NCBI GenBank assembly: GCA_951406725.2
Contig: OX597823.1
Span: 10,912,001-10,976,000, forward strand
DNA from: Octopus vulgaris
Lineage: Eukaryota
DNA: 64,000 bases
Reading direction: 5' to 3'
In this document: positions 1 through 13,339 of the stretch, one piece after another
Layout: the number at the start of each line of letters is the position of its first letter
How positions within the stretch are numbered: position 1 is the first letter of the stretch
Program-made: the position numbers and the translations under genes
Notes under the pieces: model-generated
Databases searched by the model: none
Seen by the model: the letters and a program-made list of their open reading frames with translations, nothing else
What the model was told of the DNA's origin: nothing

Positions 1-68
1 GGAGTGCTCCTGTATGGCCGCAGTCAAATGACTGAAACAAATAAAGGGATAAAAGAACTAAAGAATAA
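1..68 (+). mobile_element. 3' tail fragment of OK-type SINE (cut by window edge)
   Basis: tggccgcagtcaaatgactgaaaca plus taaaaga-like repeats match the 3' end of full copies at 37431 and 48103. Confidence 0.8.
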
Positions 69-130
69 GCATATTAAATTCGAAGCTATGAATGTAGGTA
101 GATAACACTGTGCAACAAAATTTTTATTTA

Positions 131-1423
131 CGAGGGGCGTTCAATAAGTAATGCCTCTGACCCACTTGCCGTTGATTGATCTAGCTGAGATTTTGCATGT
201 GTAATTATTTATATCTCTATAGATTAAGTGGCAAATTACAGCTCCGAACTAATAGTGGTTTCTGATTTACATGTGTTTGAAATGAGTCAAGTGGGAAATG
301 GAGCCTGTTGAGTGTCGAGAAGTGATCCGGTTTTTGTATTTGAAATGACGCACACCACAGGAGACTTTTGATGAAATGAAAATAACTTATGGTGATGATG
401 CCCCATCATATGACCTTGTAAAACGCTGGCATCGTGAATTCAAACATGGTCGGAACTCTGTGGAAACAGCTCCCAGATCTGGTCGCACCCCTTCTGCCAT
501 TGATGAGGCATCTGTCCGTCAAGTTGAGGCTGCCATTTTGGAAGATCGACGCATAACTATTCGCCAAATAGCCCATGAGGTCAAGATTAGTACCGGGTCT
601 GTGGAAACTATCATTCATGACCATTTGCATATGCAAAAGGTGTCTACCAGAGGGATTCCCAGGTTGCTCACACTTTTCCTGAAGCAAGAACGCGTCGAGT
701 GCTCGAGGATGAATTTAGGGATGTGCCAAGAAGATGAGTCAAAAATTTTTCAAAAGACTGATTACACAGGATGAGACCTGGGTCCTTCACCATGATCCAG
801 AGACCAAATCCCAGCCAATGCAGTGGAAGCACCATGACTCACCTCCTCCAAAGAAGGCAAGTGTGCAGCCCTCCGCTGGCAAGGTCATGCTCACAGTCTT
901 CTGGGACCAGGACGGAGTAGTGATGACATATTTCCTGGCAAAGGGTACCACAATTACAGGAGCCTATCATGCTTCACTTCTGAGGAAATTAAGAGAAGCT
1001 ATCAAAACCAAGAGGCGGGGCAAGATCAGCAAAAGCATCCTCCTCCTGCAGGACAACGCTCCGGTCCACAACTCGCGTGTCGCCAGATCAGAAGCACAGG
1101 CGTGCGGCTATGAACACTTCCCCCATCCCCCTACTCTCTTGACCTTGCACCCTCTGATTTTCACCTCTTCCCAGCCATGAAGTTGTTTTTGAAAGGAAAG
1201 CGTTTCCCAGATGATGCAGCCTTGATTTCTGAAGTCACGTCGTGGTTGGAGGACCAAGCTGGGGTCTTCTATGAAAACGGTCTTCAGAGCTGTATCAAAC
1301 GATGGAAGAAATGCGTAACTCTGGGTTGTTCCTATGCTGAAAAAGACTAATACCTGTGCCAAGTTTCGTTACTCTACTGCTATGGGAAGTGGGTCAGGGG
1401 CATTACTTATTGAACGCCCCTCG
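131..1423 (+). mobile_element. Full-length mariner transposon (irritans/Bytmar-like), 1293 bp
   Basis: ~37-bp TIRs cgaggggcgttcaataagtaatgcc(t/c)ctgacccactt at both ends; TA at 129-130 and 1424-1425; transposase inside. Confidence 0.95.
298..1350 (+). pseudogene. Mariner D,D34D transposase, inactivated
   Basis: ATG 298 (MEPVECREVIRFLYLK); in-frame TGA 346-348; frameshifts near 745 and 1130; motifs GIPRL (WVPR-like), ITQDETW, QDNAPVH and, after the frameshift, HPPYSLDLAPSDFHLF, giving 34 aa between the second and third D; stop TAA 1348-1350. Confidence 0.93.
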
Positions 1424-1624
1424 TATTTATTGTCTTTGGTCAGTAAGTGCTATTTCCTATTTGATTCTATCTAGAAATCAAAGGAAACATCTATTGTTCC
1501 TTTCAAACTTTACTTTTGAAACTCAGGCATCAATGCTTTGAAACTCACTTATTTTCCATTAAATTTCAGAAAGATTAAGCAAAGATTCGCTTGTTATTTG
1601 CTTGTCCGTAACCACTTGTGCATA

Positions 1625-1722
1625 TTCTTTAGTGGCTGATACGTGCAACTCTGATCATGAGCAGTAGCGGGGGAGCAGCATTGCCATGTGTTGAAAGGGA
1701 TTATTTGGGGTTTGAATAAATG
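1625..1722. mobile_element. Old internal fragment of the element at 54459-55053, opposite orientation
   Basis: tagtggctga...tctgatcatgagcag...gggggagca...gccatgtgttga..gggatt..ttggggtttgaata is a diverged reverse complement of about 54740-54840. Confidence 0.65.
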
Positions 1723-2173
1723 TAACAAGCGCAAAGTTCCAAGGAAATATTAGGCATTTTTCATACTTTTTAGGGGAAAGCAAATAGGAAAAAAACAGTT
1801 GCTATCGAAGGACAAAAATTGTGTTGCACGATGTAATGTGATATAAAGATTGAATAAGTGATGAAAAATACGTGACAAGAAAGCAAGATATATATATATA
1901 TATAAATTGAGGGAGTGGAACGGGTAAAATCCAGGCTACATATGTGCCTTAGCTAATTGACCTTAAGATGTAGTAAATACTCAACGGGGAGTGCTGAATC
2001 TTAGGTAGTCGTCAAGCCGAGAATACCGTAATTGCATAAAGGTTACCCTGTCCTATGGAATTCCCATTTTTAAACCCCTGGGCCATAACCTTGTATATAT
2101 ATATATATTGATAGAAATGGCAAGACAACAAAAGAATGAAAGAGACCTTGATATTATGTAAATAGAGGAATTT

Positions 2174-2347
2174 ATCTGTAAATATTATATGTGATAAGTA
2201 TTCGGTAGGGGGCGGAAATCATTTTTCATAGCATTTTTTTTTCGATGGTCCAATAACTGAAGAGATGCAGTCGTGGGTTTCCGCTCCGACATCCGAAATT
2301 CGGAGTTTTATCATGGGTACCGAATAATTGTTACATATTATATTTAC

Positions 2348-2351
<4 letters not shown>
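2174..2351. repeat. Inverted-repeat cassette between (TA)n tracts, Penelope-like relic
   Basis: ~34-bp imperfect arms atctgtaaatattatatgtgataagtattcggta / taccgaataattgttacatattatatttacagat; internal ctgaaga...gaaa motif at 2257-2298. Confidence 0.6.
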
Positions 2352-2384
<33 letters not shown>

Positions 2385-2385
<1 letters not shown>

Positions 2386-2776
2386 TCTTTTATTCTTTTA
2401 TTTGTTTCAGTCATTTGACTAGGGCCATCGTGGAGCACCGACTTTTACTCGAAGAAATCGACCGCTGGACTTATTCTCTGTAAGCCTGGTACCTATTCTA
2501 TCGGTTACTTCTGCAGAACCGCTAAGTTACAGTAACGTAAACATACCTCATCGGTTGTCAAGCGATAGTGGTGGGTGGGGGACAAACACAGAAACACATA
2601 AATATATACATATATACGGTAGGCTTCTTTCAGTTTCCGTGTACCAAATCCGTTCACATGGCTTTGGTCGGCCCGAGGTTATAGTAGACGACACTTGCCT
2701 AAGGTGCCACGCAGTGAGACTGACCCCAGAACCATGTGGTTGGGAAGCAAGCTTCTTACTACATAGACACACCTGA
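2385..2776 (-). mobile_element. OK-type tRNA-derived SINE
   Basis: Reverse complement of the 37431 copy: head, central TA/TG tract, gactgaaacaa-taaaaga tail; diverged. Confidence 0.88.
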
Positions 2777-2799
2777 CAACTAAATCCACAAGTTTTTCA

Positions 2800-2929
2800 T
2801 TTTCTCTTATTCCTTTCAGCTGAAGAGCGTAGGCTCGAAACGTAACAGACTTTTTCACTTTCCCGAGCGTCAAACTAATACAATTGCTTGTTGTTCATAC
2901 AGTTGTCTTCGTGTTTGTGTTTCAACTAC

Positions 2930-2930
<1 letters not shown>
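2800..2930 (+). mobile_element. Non-coding cassette with degenerate minimal hammerhead motif (family A)
   Basis: gaagagcgtaggctcgaaacgta...gagcgtcaaactaataca..tgcttgttgtt shared with 18940-19125 (-) and 59680-59835 (+); abuts (TA)n. Confidence 0.7.
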
Positions 2931-3260
<330 letters not shown>

Positions 3261-3511
3261 AAAAATAGAGAGTAATTGATTAGATTCTGCAAATGAGCCT
3301 GAAAGCACTATCTTGCATTTTTGTCTACCCAGATTATCCGAAAAAAGACATTTCAGGTTTTATCCAACTGATGAAATCAGCAGTTAATCTAGTGATAAAA
3401 CAGTTTGTTCACTGGTGTAGGGCATCCTGCTAATTTATGTGTTTCATCAAAAAAAAAATAATAATAATTAGTATTACATTTTCGTGGTTTAATATTTAGT
3501 AAAAAAAAAAA

Positions 3512-3783
3512 TAAATAAACCGAATGGTTACTTAGAGGCATCACATCACGTGTTTCAATAGTTGGTTTATTCCAAATACTAATACGTCTTATTAGTTAAT
3601 AAGTAACATTATGTAAGTTCGTATTGTTACATAACAACCGTATCACCTTAAGAGATCGGTGTAATGTAACAATGCGAATTCACATAATATTATGAATTCG
3701 GTTAATCAATGTACTCGTACATGGAATACACACGCTATTAAAACACGAGTAGTGATGCCCTGAAATTTTATCTGGTTTATTCT
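3512..3783. mobile_element. Degenerate palindromic (fold-back/MITE-like) element centred on cttaag at about 3650
   Basis: Matching arm segments ggcatcac/gtgatgcc, cgtgtttcaatag/ctattaaaacacg, attcca/tggaat, ttcgtattgttacat/atgtaacaatgcgaa. Confidence 0.7.
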
Positions 3784-3816
3784 ACTTTACAACAAACACA
3801 CACTCAAATATGTATG

Positions 3817-3897
<81 letters not shown>

Positions 3898-3968
3898 ATA
3901 TGTACACACACACACATATTGTTTTACCTATAGGCATACAATTCTCCTGCTGCTAAATGTTTATCATG

Positions 3969-4017
<49 letters not shown>

Positions 4018-4843
4018 ATACATAACCAAACACCGTGATATCACCAGAGTAATATAAGTGTCTGTGTGTGCGTGTCTCTGTGTGTGCGTGTCTCTGTGTG
4101 TATGTATATATATATATGTGTGCATGTATATATGTTTGTATGTATGTATGAATGTTTGTATGTATGTACGAATATGTGTATGTATGTACGAATGTGTGTA
4201 TTTATGCGCATGTATTCATACATATATATATTTAAATACATTTTTTATATATTGCTGAAAATTTTATATTGTGATTAAATTACTTGCTTATTTTATCGAA
4301 ATTTGATGAGTGTGCAATAATCACTAATTAAAATATCCCTCAGTTAACATACCTAAGTCTACTCAGCATATAGAGAAATATTATTTCACATCTCATAAAT
4401 ACATTTTTTTAATGATAATTAATGATTTTTGAAAAAAAACGCGAGGACAAATATTTACTAGTGTTATATTATTTTTATCTCACAAAGTAACAAAAAAATA
4501 TGAAGTTGATAAACGCGGGATTTGAATCCAGAATATGAAGAGTCGTGACTAAATACCACAGGATATTTTATTCGACTGTCCATTCAACAGTTTTAAAATA
4601 ATATTCGTCTATAACAGGCAAAAAGCTACAAATTTGGAGAAGGCCAGTCGTATAAATTGACATAAAATGATAAAAGATAAATCTAACTTAGTGATATATG
4701 AATACAAATTGTAAAGGACGTGACTGAATTAACAATAGTAATGACGAATTGTGCTGTCACTCTCTCTCTCCCACTCTCTATCTCTGTCTCTGTCTCTGTC
4801 TCTATCTACCTATATATCTATCTCTATCTATCTATCTATCTCA

Positions 4844-4889
<46 letters not shown>

Positions 4890-5464
4890 CAATGTTTGGA
4901 ACTGGTTCAAACCAAATTCAGTAATACTGGAATTCCAATAACTACAGACAAATTGAATTTTCCATTAACCCAACAATGTTAAAACTAGAGTTTCTATAAC
5001 TCAATCATTTGTATTTATCTAAAAATATGCTTTGCGTTCAGACGAAACATTATTCACAGTTGATGTAAAACACTTGAACGAACTCTCCTCTAGAAGAGTT
5101 CTCAGCTGTCTTTGATTTCTTCTCAAAATCATCATCGTCATAGAAGCATAATTAACGACAGGACCAAATTACTTTCCAAGCAAAAATGCATCCCTTTGCT
5201 TTTTGCACATTTCTTCGAGATCATACATTTATATTTATATAACTTTTATCATCGTGCTATTTCGTAAAAGGATGTCTTCAGTAACGGACACCAATTGTCG
5301 CCTTTTGTTGCTTTTTCTTTGCAATTAATATCGTACACGTTAGGATTCGTGTTTAGATATCGCTTCGTCTTCACCACTTTTGTTTTCTTCTTTTTTTTTT
5401 TGCCAGTGACATATTTTCTCTACCTCGTATTACCATATTTTTTTCCTCTCTAATGTTCATTGTA

Positions 5465-5698
5465 CATGGTGTTCAAAAGGTCTCTCCGCAGGGAATTTTT
5501 TTCTCCAAGGTGTATTTCAAAACATGTGTAGAAGAATCAACTTATGTACTGAAAATGAAGGACGACACTTTCAACACCTCTTATAAAGATTTTTAAAGAC
5601 TTGTGAAGTCTAATATATTCTTTTGTAGTCTTATACCATCTTATAAATATTTATTTTGCAATATGATACTTGCTGCGGAGAGACTTTTTAATATCCTG
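5465..5698 (+). mobile_element. Tc1/mariner-superfamily deletion derivative (MITE), 234 bp
   Basis: Imperfect TIRs catggtgttcaaaaggtctctccgcag / ctgcggagagactttttaatatcctg; TA on both sides; retains a transposase-like C-terminus NMCRRINLCTENEGRHFQHLL*. Confidence 0.8.
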
Positions 5699-5876
5699 TA
5701 TATCTACGAATACTATCACAAAAATGAAAGTTTTATACGATAAGCACGGCTAATTATAACATTTAACAGTACATTGTTCGTGAAAATAAAATATTTTACA
5801 GTCTTCTGGAATCCGATTTATGTATGAGTACTTTTACAGAAAAAGGATTCCTTGTCAGAAAAATAACGCACCTTAA

Positions 5877-6060
5877 CCATTTAGCATTCAGATTAGAGCT
5901 AATCATGCGTCATTTCGTAGCATTGAGAATTTGATTCTGTGATTGTTAATGTTTTTTTGATTAACATTATAGAGTAAGTGTGATAGGTTGGATTTGGCTA
6001 GCTTGAACATAAAGCAGGTGGAATATTTGGATCAGATCTGGTCGGTTTAAATGTTAAAGG
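5877..6060. mobile_element. piggyBac-like MITE
   Basis: TTAA at 5873-5876 and 6061-6064; short imperfect TIRs ccatttagcatt / aatgttaaagg. Confidence 0.6.
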
Positions 6061-7185
6061 TTAAGTCACCTGCAAGCACGAAAGATTATTTTCCCATACA
6101 GATATTTAGAATTAATGCTGGAAGAAAAAGAGACACAAATAGAAATGTTGTTTAACTCCAGTTTATTACTTGACTGAGCAAAACGAGGATGAAATATATT
6201 CTAACTGTGACTTTATTGTTCTTCTTTAGATGGGATATTAAGGCACCCCAGACTCGAAGAATCTGTAAAGGTCATGGACACTGCTCCTTCCTCCAGATTC
6301 ACCGAAAAAAAGAAGAAGAATTTTCAGAGATTAATTTAAAAACATCATTTTTTCTCTGAGAAGCACAAACAATTCTTGCTGGGATTATGTTTTCTTTCTC
6401 CAACTAAATGACAAATTTCAACTAATACATAATTTTTTGGTGTATGTCATTCAGTGGAACCCTTAACATATTTATATAAATTATGCCATTGGCTTACTTG
6501 AGTTATTTCCCCTTTGTTCATTTTACTATTTGATGGTAGATGGTATTATTTGTTACATTAAGTAAGTATTTTTAATAATTTTTAAATGATGGATTGTTGT
6601 TGATGCTTTTGCTCTTACAAACTTTTCGAGTTTACTTCATTAATATATTTCAATGGTTGTTAGTGTTATTTGTTTCAGATTTTAATTATTCTGGGCTAAT
6701 TTCTGGGAAGAGCAGTTGAAAGAAAAATGGGGAGCAGGGAACAGAAGGAGAAAGATAAAGGTTTAATTCTTATTGATTAGTATTGATTAATGCGTTTTAA
6801 GATACAAAACAACATGTGGAAATGGGCGATTGATACTAACAAGTCATTGGGTTAGCGCTATCAGTAGGTGATGACCTTATGTCCTCCAAGCTTAGTCATC
6901 ATGCTTTTCTTCGCGTCTCTAATTGACATAGTTGTGTAGCCGTGTAAATAATAGTCTAACAATAGTCTTTTCATTCGCTATTTGATACTTTTATTGCATT
7001 TCTCCCGATATAACTGAGCGAAACGTAAACAATTTAGAATGCAGGTCACTATCCATTTCCATCTAGGGAGTTGCTTGATTGATCGAAAGAGTGATACCTC
7101 GTTTTGATTCACGTTTGTCGCTCATTCAGACCAACTCCATTTTTGCAAGCCAACAGAATTTTCTCTCTCTCTCTCTCTCTTTATA

Positions 7186-7239
<54 letters not shown>

Positions 7240-7320
7240 TAAGGGTAGAAATCAATATTTATCAATTGAAACCAGTGGTCTAACATATTAAAAAAATCCG
7301 AAGATTAAATATTTATATAT

Positions 7321-7505
7321 ACCAATTAAGGACTGAACACGAAAAAGTGGACAGTCAACATGCTAGATATAGACGTCAAATCGCCATTCTCCACAAAAGA
7401 TTATGTTCTCAGATCTGAGAGCATAATCTTTTGTGGAGAATGGCGATTTGACGTCAATATCTAGCATGTTGACTGTCCACTTTTTCGTGTTCAGTCCTTA
7501 ATTGG

Positions 7506-7506
<1 letters not shown>
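7321..7506. repeat. Spacerless palindrome, 93-bp arms, 2 mismatches, in TA-rich flanks
   Basis: Centre ctcaga|tctgag at 7413/7414; accaattaaggactgaacacg...cgtgttcagtccttaattggt. Confidence 0.95.
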
Positions 7507-7537
<31 letters not shown>

Positions 7538-7947
7538 TATATTTGTATGTATATGCACGCGCCCATGTGTATAACTATATAAATATAAGTGTGGTTATAC
7601 ACATATATAGATAAGTTTGTACATGTGCAAGAAGACATATATATATATATATGTATGTACGTACGTATGTATGTATGTATATATGTATGTGTCTATGTAT
7701 GCATGTATGTATGTATGTATGTATGTATGTATGTATCTATGTATGTATCTATGTATGCATGTATGTATGTATGTATGTATGTATACACAGACACGCTTTG
7801 TCTCTATAAGGTTTCATAACAACAGGCATAACCAAACACGGATATATTTGTGATTAGATAACATTTAAACATCCTCCTTCTATCACTCCTTTACATGCAC
7901 GCTTCCACAAAGACATGTAAACACACACACACGAACTCACACGTAGA

Positions 7948-7997
<50 letters not shown>

Positions 7998-8390
7998 TGT
8001 ATGCGTGCGTCTGTGTGCGCGCACGTGTGTGTACAGCTGTATGAATATGTGTGTGTACACATATATAGGTCTGAAATTTTCAGCGGTTGTAAACATATGT
8101 CTAAGTACATTTTGAAGAACTGGAAAATACCTCCTATATCTGATTAACTTGTTGATATCGTTCCAGCATTATAATTTAAAGACTAAGGAAGATAATAAAT
8201 CTGTTATTTTTTTACATTTTACATTTTACTTTTACCGTTTCCGTTTTTTAACCTTCCACGTTTTTCTCGTTTCTTCTCTCATTCAGTTTCTTGCTTGTTA
8301 TGATATGTGGTTTATGCCTGACGTATATATGCTTGACGTATTTGAAGCTATTAGTCGCACATAAAAAATTGTATTTTTTCTATTAAATAA

Positions 8391-8903
8391 CTAGCAGTAT
8401 CGCCCGGCGTTGCTCGGGTTTGTAAGGGAAATAACTATATAAGCATTTTTAGAGAGTTACTTCCCTTATAGATGCCAATTCGGGCTTTCTTAGCCATTTC
8501 TGTTTTGGTGTCTTCAAGCCATGAAGTCGTTGTTCTAAAAGAACGCTGGTCTCCTTGACAACGCTTTACGACGTTGATTTCCTTACACTCCATTCCCCAC
8601 AGTTTCACGAGGGAGGGAAGAAGGGGGAGAAGCAAACAGGTGCAGCTGTGAGCGTAGACGCCAACTCCGCCGCCATCGACACACGAAAAATTATGCATTA
8701 AAATGGAATAAAAAATGATGTTAAATTATTTTTAAAATCGTAGACTCATCGTAGACGCGTGCTAATACTCAGACGGGCTCGATATGAATCACGACTATAA
8801 GATACCCGAATTTGGTTAAACTGCACCGCAAAATGTGGGAGTAGTTAGGAATCTTAATCGAAGGGGACAGACACTCACACAACTACAGTTTTATATATAT
8901 AGA
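8391..8903 (-). mobile_element. Non-autonomous Helitron-like element (5' module A, 3' module X)
   Basis: On - strand starts TC(tatatata), ends cccgagcaacgccggg hairpin then cgatactgCTAG; inserted between A and T without TSD; near-identical to 39210-39730. Confidence 0.8.
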
Positions 8904-8970
8904 TATCTGTCTCTTACCAGATGCAGTTTGTTGATCTTACCATCATGGAACAATACGTTATATATATATG

Positions 8971-9002
<32 letters not shown>

Positions 9003-9016
9003 CGTGTGTGTGTGTA

Positions 9017-9177
9017 GGCGCAGGAGTGGCTGTGTGGTAAGTAGCTTCCTTACCAACCACATGGTTCCGGGTTCAGTCCAAGTACGTAGCATCTTAGGTA
9101 AGTGTCTTCTACTAAAGCCCCGGGCCGACCAAAGCCTTGTGAGTGGATTTGGTAGACGGAAACTGAAAGAAGGCCCT

Positions 9178-9231
<54 letters not shown>

Positions 9232-9449
9232 GTTGTATGTGTTTGTGTGTTTGTGTTTGTCCTCCTAACAACGCTTGACAACTGATGCTGGAATGTTTTG
9301 CGTCCCCGTAACTAGCGGATCGGCAAAAAAGACCGATAGAATAAGTACTAGGCTTACAAAGAATAAGTCTTCGGGTTGATTTCCTAAAGGCGGTGATCCA
9401 GCATGGCCGCCGTCAAATGACTGAAACAAGTAAAAGAGTAAAAGAGTAT
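9017..9449 (+). mobile_element. OK-type SINE
   Basis: ggcgcaggagtggctgtgtggtaag (A box), ggttcagtcc (B box), internal TA/TG tract, gtaaaaga tail. Confidence 0.9.
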
Positions 9450-9809
9450 AACAAGTGAAGAAACAAGTCTGGGTAGGAGACAGAGAATAATACGCCTTCC
9501 CTGTTCAGCTGAAATAGGAAGAAAGAACCACAAGTTAGGAGAATAGCCGATGGTCACGTTGGGGGGTGGGGGTGGCACGTGAGTAAAGGAGAAAGATTGA
9601 CAGACAGAGAACTCTGAAGGAGGAGGAAAAGATTTGGAGACAGGATAAGAGAAAAAAGACAGAGAAGGAGAAGGGGAGGCAAAAGAAAGGAAGAGAGAAA
9701 ATGAAAGAGTAGAAGGATAGAACAGTGGGAGAAGAGGATGCAAAAGGACACACACACACACACGCACGCACACACTCACATACATGTGTATATATATATA
9801 TATATATAT

Positions 9810-9856
<47 letters not shown>

Positions 9857-9888
9857 TATAGATAGATAGATAGATAGATAGCTTGATC

Positions 9889-9968
<80 letters not shown>

Positions 9969-10551
9969 TACGTACACACACACACAAACAGGTGAGACTT
10001 AATGTCTCTGTCGGAGTTGTATGTTTTTGGTCTACGTTTCTGAATACGTTTCGATGCGTGTAAAAGTGTGCTTGAGTGTATATTTGTACATGAGAGAGAG
10101 GGAGAGAGAAAGTGTGTGTGCGTGTGTGTGTATGTATTTGCGTGTGTATTTATATGTATATGTGTATGCGTGTGTGTGCGTGTGTGTGTGCATGAGCTTA
10201 TTTGTGTACGCACTTCATATGTGGATGTACTTGTTCAATCATATTCATCTGTGAGACAGATGGCAGCGGATGTATTTTCTTAAACCAGGCGCCAGATGAA
10301 ATTTGTTCAATCTCTATTGTCCTTGCCACAACTGTCTGCCATATTTTATCTTAGAAATTATTCTTCTTTGAGTTTAACTTCATTTATATTAATTTTGTTA
10401 ATTATTGTTAATCATTCATTTACCACTTTATTCATTTAGCTATTGTCGTGAAATAGAGTGTGATAACCACTATTTTTAAAGTTTTGAATATCTACTCAAA
10501 ACCGCGTGGAAATTAATTACTCCCCATCCCTATCCACTTTCTAAAGAGAAT

Positions 10552-10602
<51 letters not shown>

Positions 10603-10635
10603 CTATTCTCTTTAGTGAGTGGATAGGATGAAGAC

Positions 10636-10732
<97 letters not shown>

Positions 10733-10734
<2 letters not shown>

Positions 10735-11124
10735 CGCAGGAGTGGCTGTGTGGTAAGTAGGTTGCTTACCAACCACATTATTCCGGGTTCAGTCCCACTG
10801 CGTGGCATCTTGGGCAAGTGTCTTCTGTTATAGCCTCGGGCCGACCAATTCCTTGTGAGTGGATTTGGTAGACAGAAACTGAAAGAAGCCTGTCGTATAT
10901 ATGTATATATATATGTGTGTGCGTGTATATGCTTGTGTGTCTGTGTTTGTCCCCGCACCATCGCTTGACAACCGATGCTGGTGTGTTTATGTCCCCGTCA
11001 CTTAGCGGTTCGGCAAAAAGAGACCGATAGAATAAGTAATGGGCTTAGAAAGAATAAGTCCCGGGGCCGATTTGCTCGACTAAAGGTGGTGCTCCAGCAT
11101 GGCTGCAGTCAAATGACTGAAACA

Positions 11125-11125
<1 letters not shown>
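10733..11125 (+). mobile_element. OK-type SINE between (TA)n tracts
   Basis: Same head and body as 9017; tail replaced by (TA)n. Confidence 0.9.
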
Positions 11126-11190
<65 letters not shown>

Positions 11191-11193
11191 GCG

Positions 11194-11320
11194 TAACAAA
11201 GATGTACGAGTTTCATTTCTTTACGGCCGTTTCGAGCGACTCCTTTAACTGATCAATGAAAGTATTACATCATTACAAAGAAAACGGCCGTAATGAATTG
11301 AAACTTCTACCTCTTTGTTA
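11194..11320. repeat. Inverted-repeat cassette with hammerhead 3'-half motif
   Basis: Arms taacaaagatgtacgagtttcatttctttacggccgttt / aaacggccgtaatgaattgaaacttctacctctttgtta; - strand reads GAAACGGCCGUA (palindromic stem III-like). Confidence 0.6.
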
Positions 11321-11379
11321 ACCATTTATATTTTACTCACCTACCCTGGATTCTGCACTTCGGGAGTATTTGGAAAGTA

Positions 11380-11766
11380 TCTCTCTCTATATAAACGGCA
11401 GTTTGTCTGTGCGTGTTTCTGTGTGTCTGTTTGCTTGTACCCTCACTCTGACCACGGCTTTCAACCGATTCTAATGAAACTTGACACACACATAGCCCAA
11501 TGTCATAATTCAAAACTAACGCAGCGAAAATTTTGAAAAGTTCCCCCAGTTCTGAAAAAAATCGATAAATTCGACATGGGGTCGAGAATAACAAAAAACA
11601 AACCACAGACTGTCTAGGGGACGCAACTCAACCTTTTTTTACTCTCAAAAAAAAATTTACCATCATTTTTTTTCCATTTTTTTGCTATTTTTTGGCTATA
11701 ACTCTCTAAAAATGCTTTATAGTTATTTCCCTTACAAACCTGAGCAACGCCGGGCGATACTGCTAG
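11380..11766 (+). mobile_element. Non-autonomous Helitron-like element (5' module B, 3' module X)
   Basis: a|TCtctctctatataaacggcag...gagcaacgccgggcgatactgCTAG|t; near-identical to 46963-47347. Confidence 0.82.
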
Positions 11767-11975
11767 TCTTTATATAAAGTACAACAAGAGCTGATTTATT
11801 CACTAAGCTGGATCGTGCCATCTGCGTACACTGCATGAATATCGGGTGGAAAAAATTCTATGTAGAGTTTGATACTCGCCTAATATAGCCTGAGTATGCA
11901 AATGAGTTAGTCCTAACAGGGTGCCTCAATTTAAGTACCTAATTCAACCGAACATATACATACATATATACATAC

Positions 11976-12039
<64 letters not shown>

Positions 12040-12669
12040 GCATGCGCAGAAACAAAACAAGCGGCAAAAAGTGCATGAAAAATACAAACATTTACAGTAA
12101 AAAGTATGCACTCACATAGACAAACACAACTCAATAGGCGTATCTCTTACGCGGTCATCCGACTTACTAGAAACAGAAACGAAATCTACTTTTTTGAATA
12201 AGACAAAGAGGTGTTGGGAAAATGCCGCACCGGATATACAGATGTTCAGTTCCTAGAAGGAGTGGAGATCTGGCGAAGGGAGTCTAGGCTCCATGTAGAT
12301 GACGCCTGTCGAGATGAAGTGACGAGTTATATCTGTTTTGAAATGTGTGTGTGTATAAGTAACACCTCTGGCTTTTTTCCAGAATAAATGTCAATAGGAA
12401 TCGTGCATAGTAGAAACAGACGTTTTCTATGATAAACAGGGTAACGACATCTCTGATCTCGCATTCCTACCGCCCACCGCTGCTCTAGGTCACATTTCCT
12501 CAAGTCTTTTACACGTTATGGTTCTATGGTCACATAACTTTTGTCGCTCGTTCTTAATATCAACGCTGAAGCTTTCTCTCTTTCTCCATTTCTTCAACAA
12601 CATCTTTCACTTTTATCTGTTCTTACATCTCTCTTTATGTGTGTCTGCTCTTATCACAAATACACACGT

Positions 12670-12725
<56 letters not shown>

Positions 12726-13339
12726 CACACACACACACACATACACACACACACATACACACACACGCACACACACACATTCAGACACCCATAAAGCATA
12801 CACACATGAATGAATACAAACATACATACGTTCTTTAATATTAATGTAACCTCTTCATATACACCAACAATATACACATTCACATACGGGTACACACGTA
12901 CATACAGATGCACACAGAGTTGTTCGCATATACGTATACACTAATATGATCATATAATCATACGCATAAATACGTACACTACGCATCCACTCGCCTCCAC
13001 TCATTCTGTCGTACGTAAACACATACATGAATAAACGGACAGATACAATTGCAGTTATACACACAATTTCCTACGCACACACTACATATGCTACTATTAG
13101 GAACAGTTCCCAAGAGATAAGACATATTATTCCCTATAATTCTTCATGAAGACCGTCAGTTGTCAGAATGGCGAGAATATCAGATAAATACTTCACGGAT
13201 ATCGTTCCGGCTCTTTGCAATCTGTGTTCAATGATCAGATTTGCCTTTTATCCTTTTACGGTCGATAAATAAAATACCACTCATATGCTTGGGGTCGATT
13301 TCTCCCTCTCCTACATTCTCCTCTCCCTTCTTCTATCCC

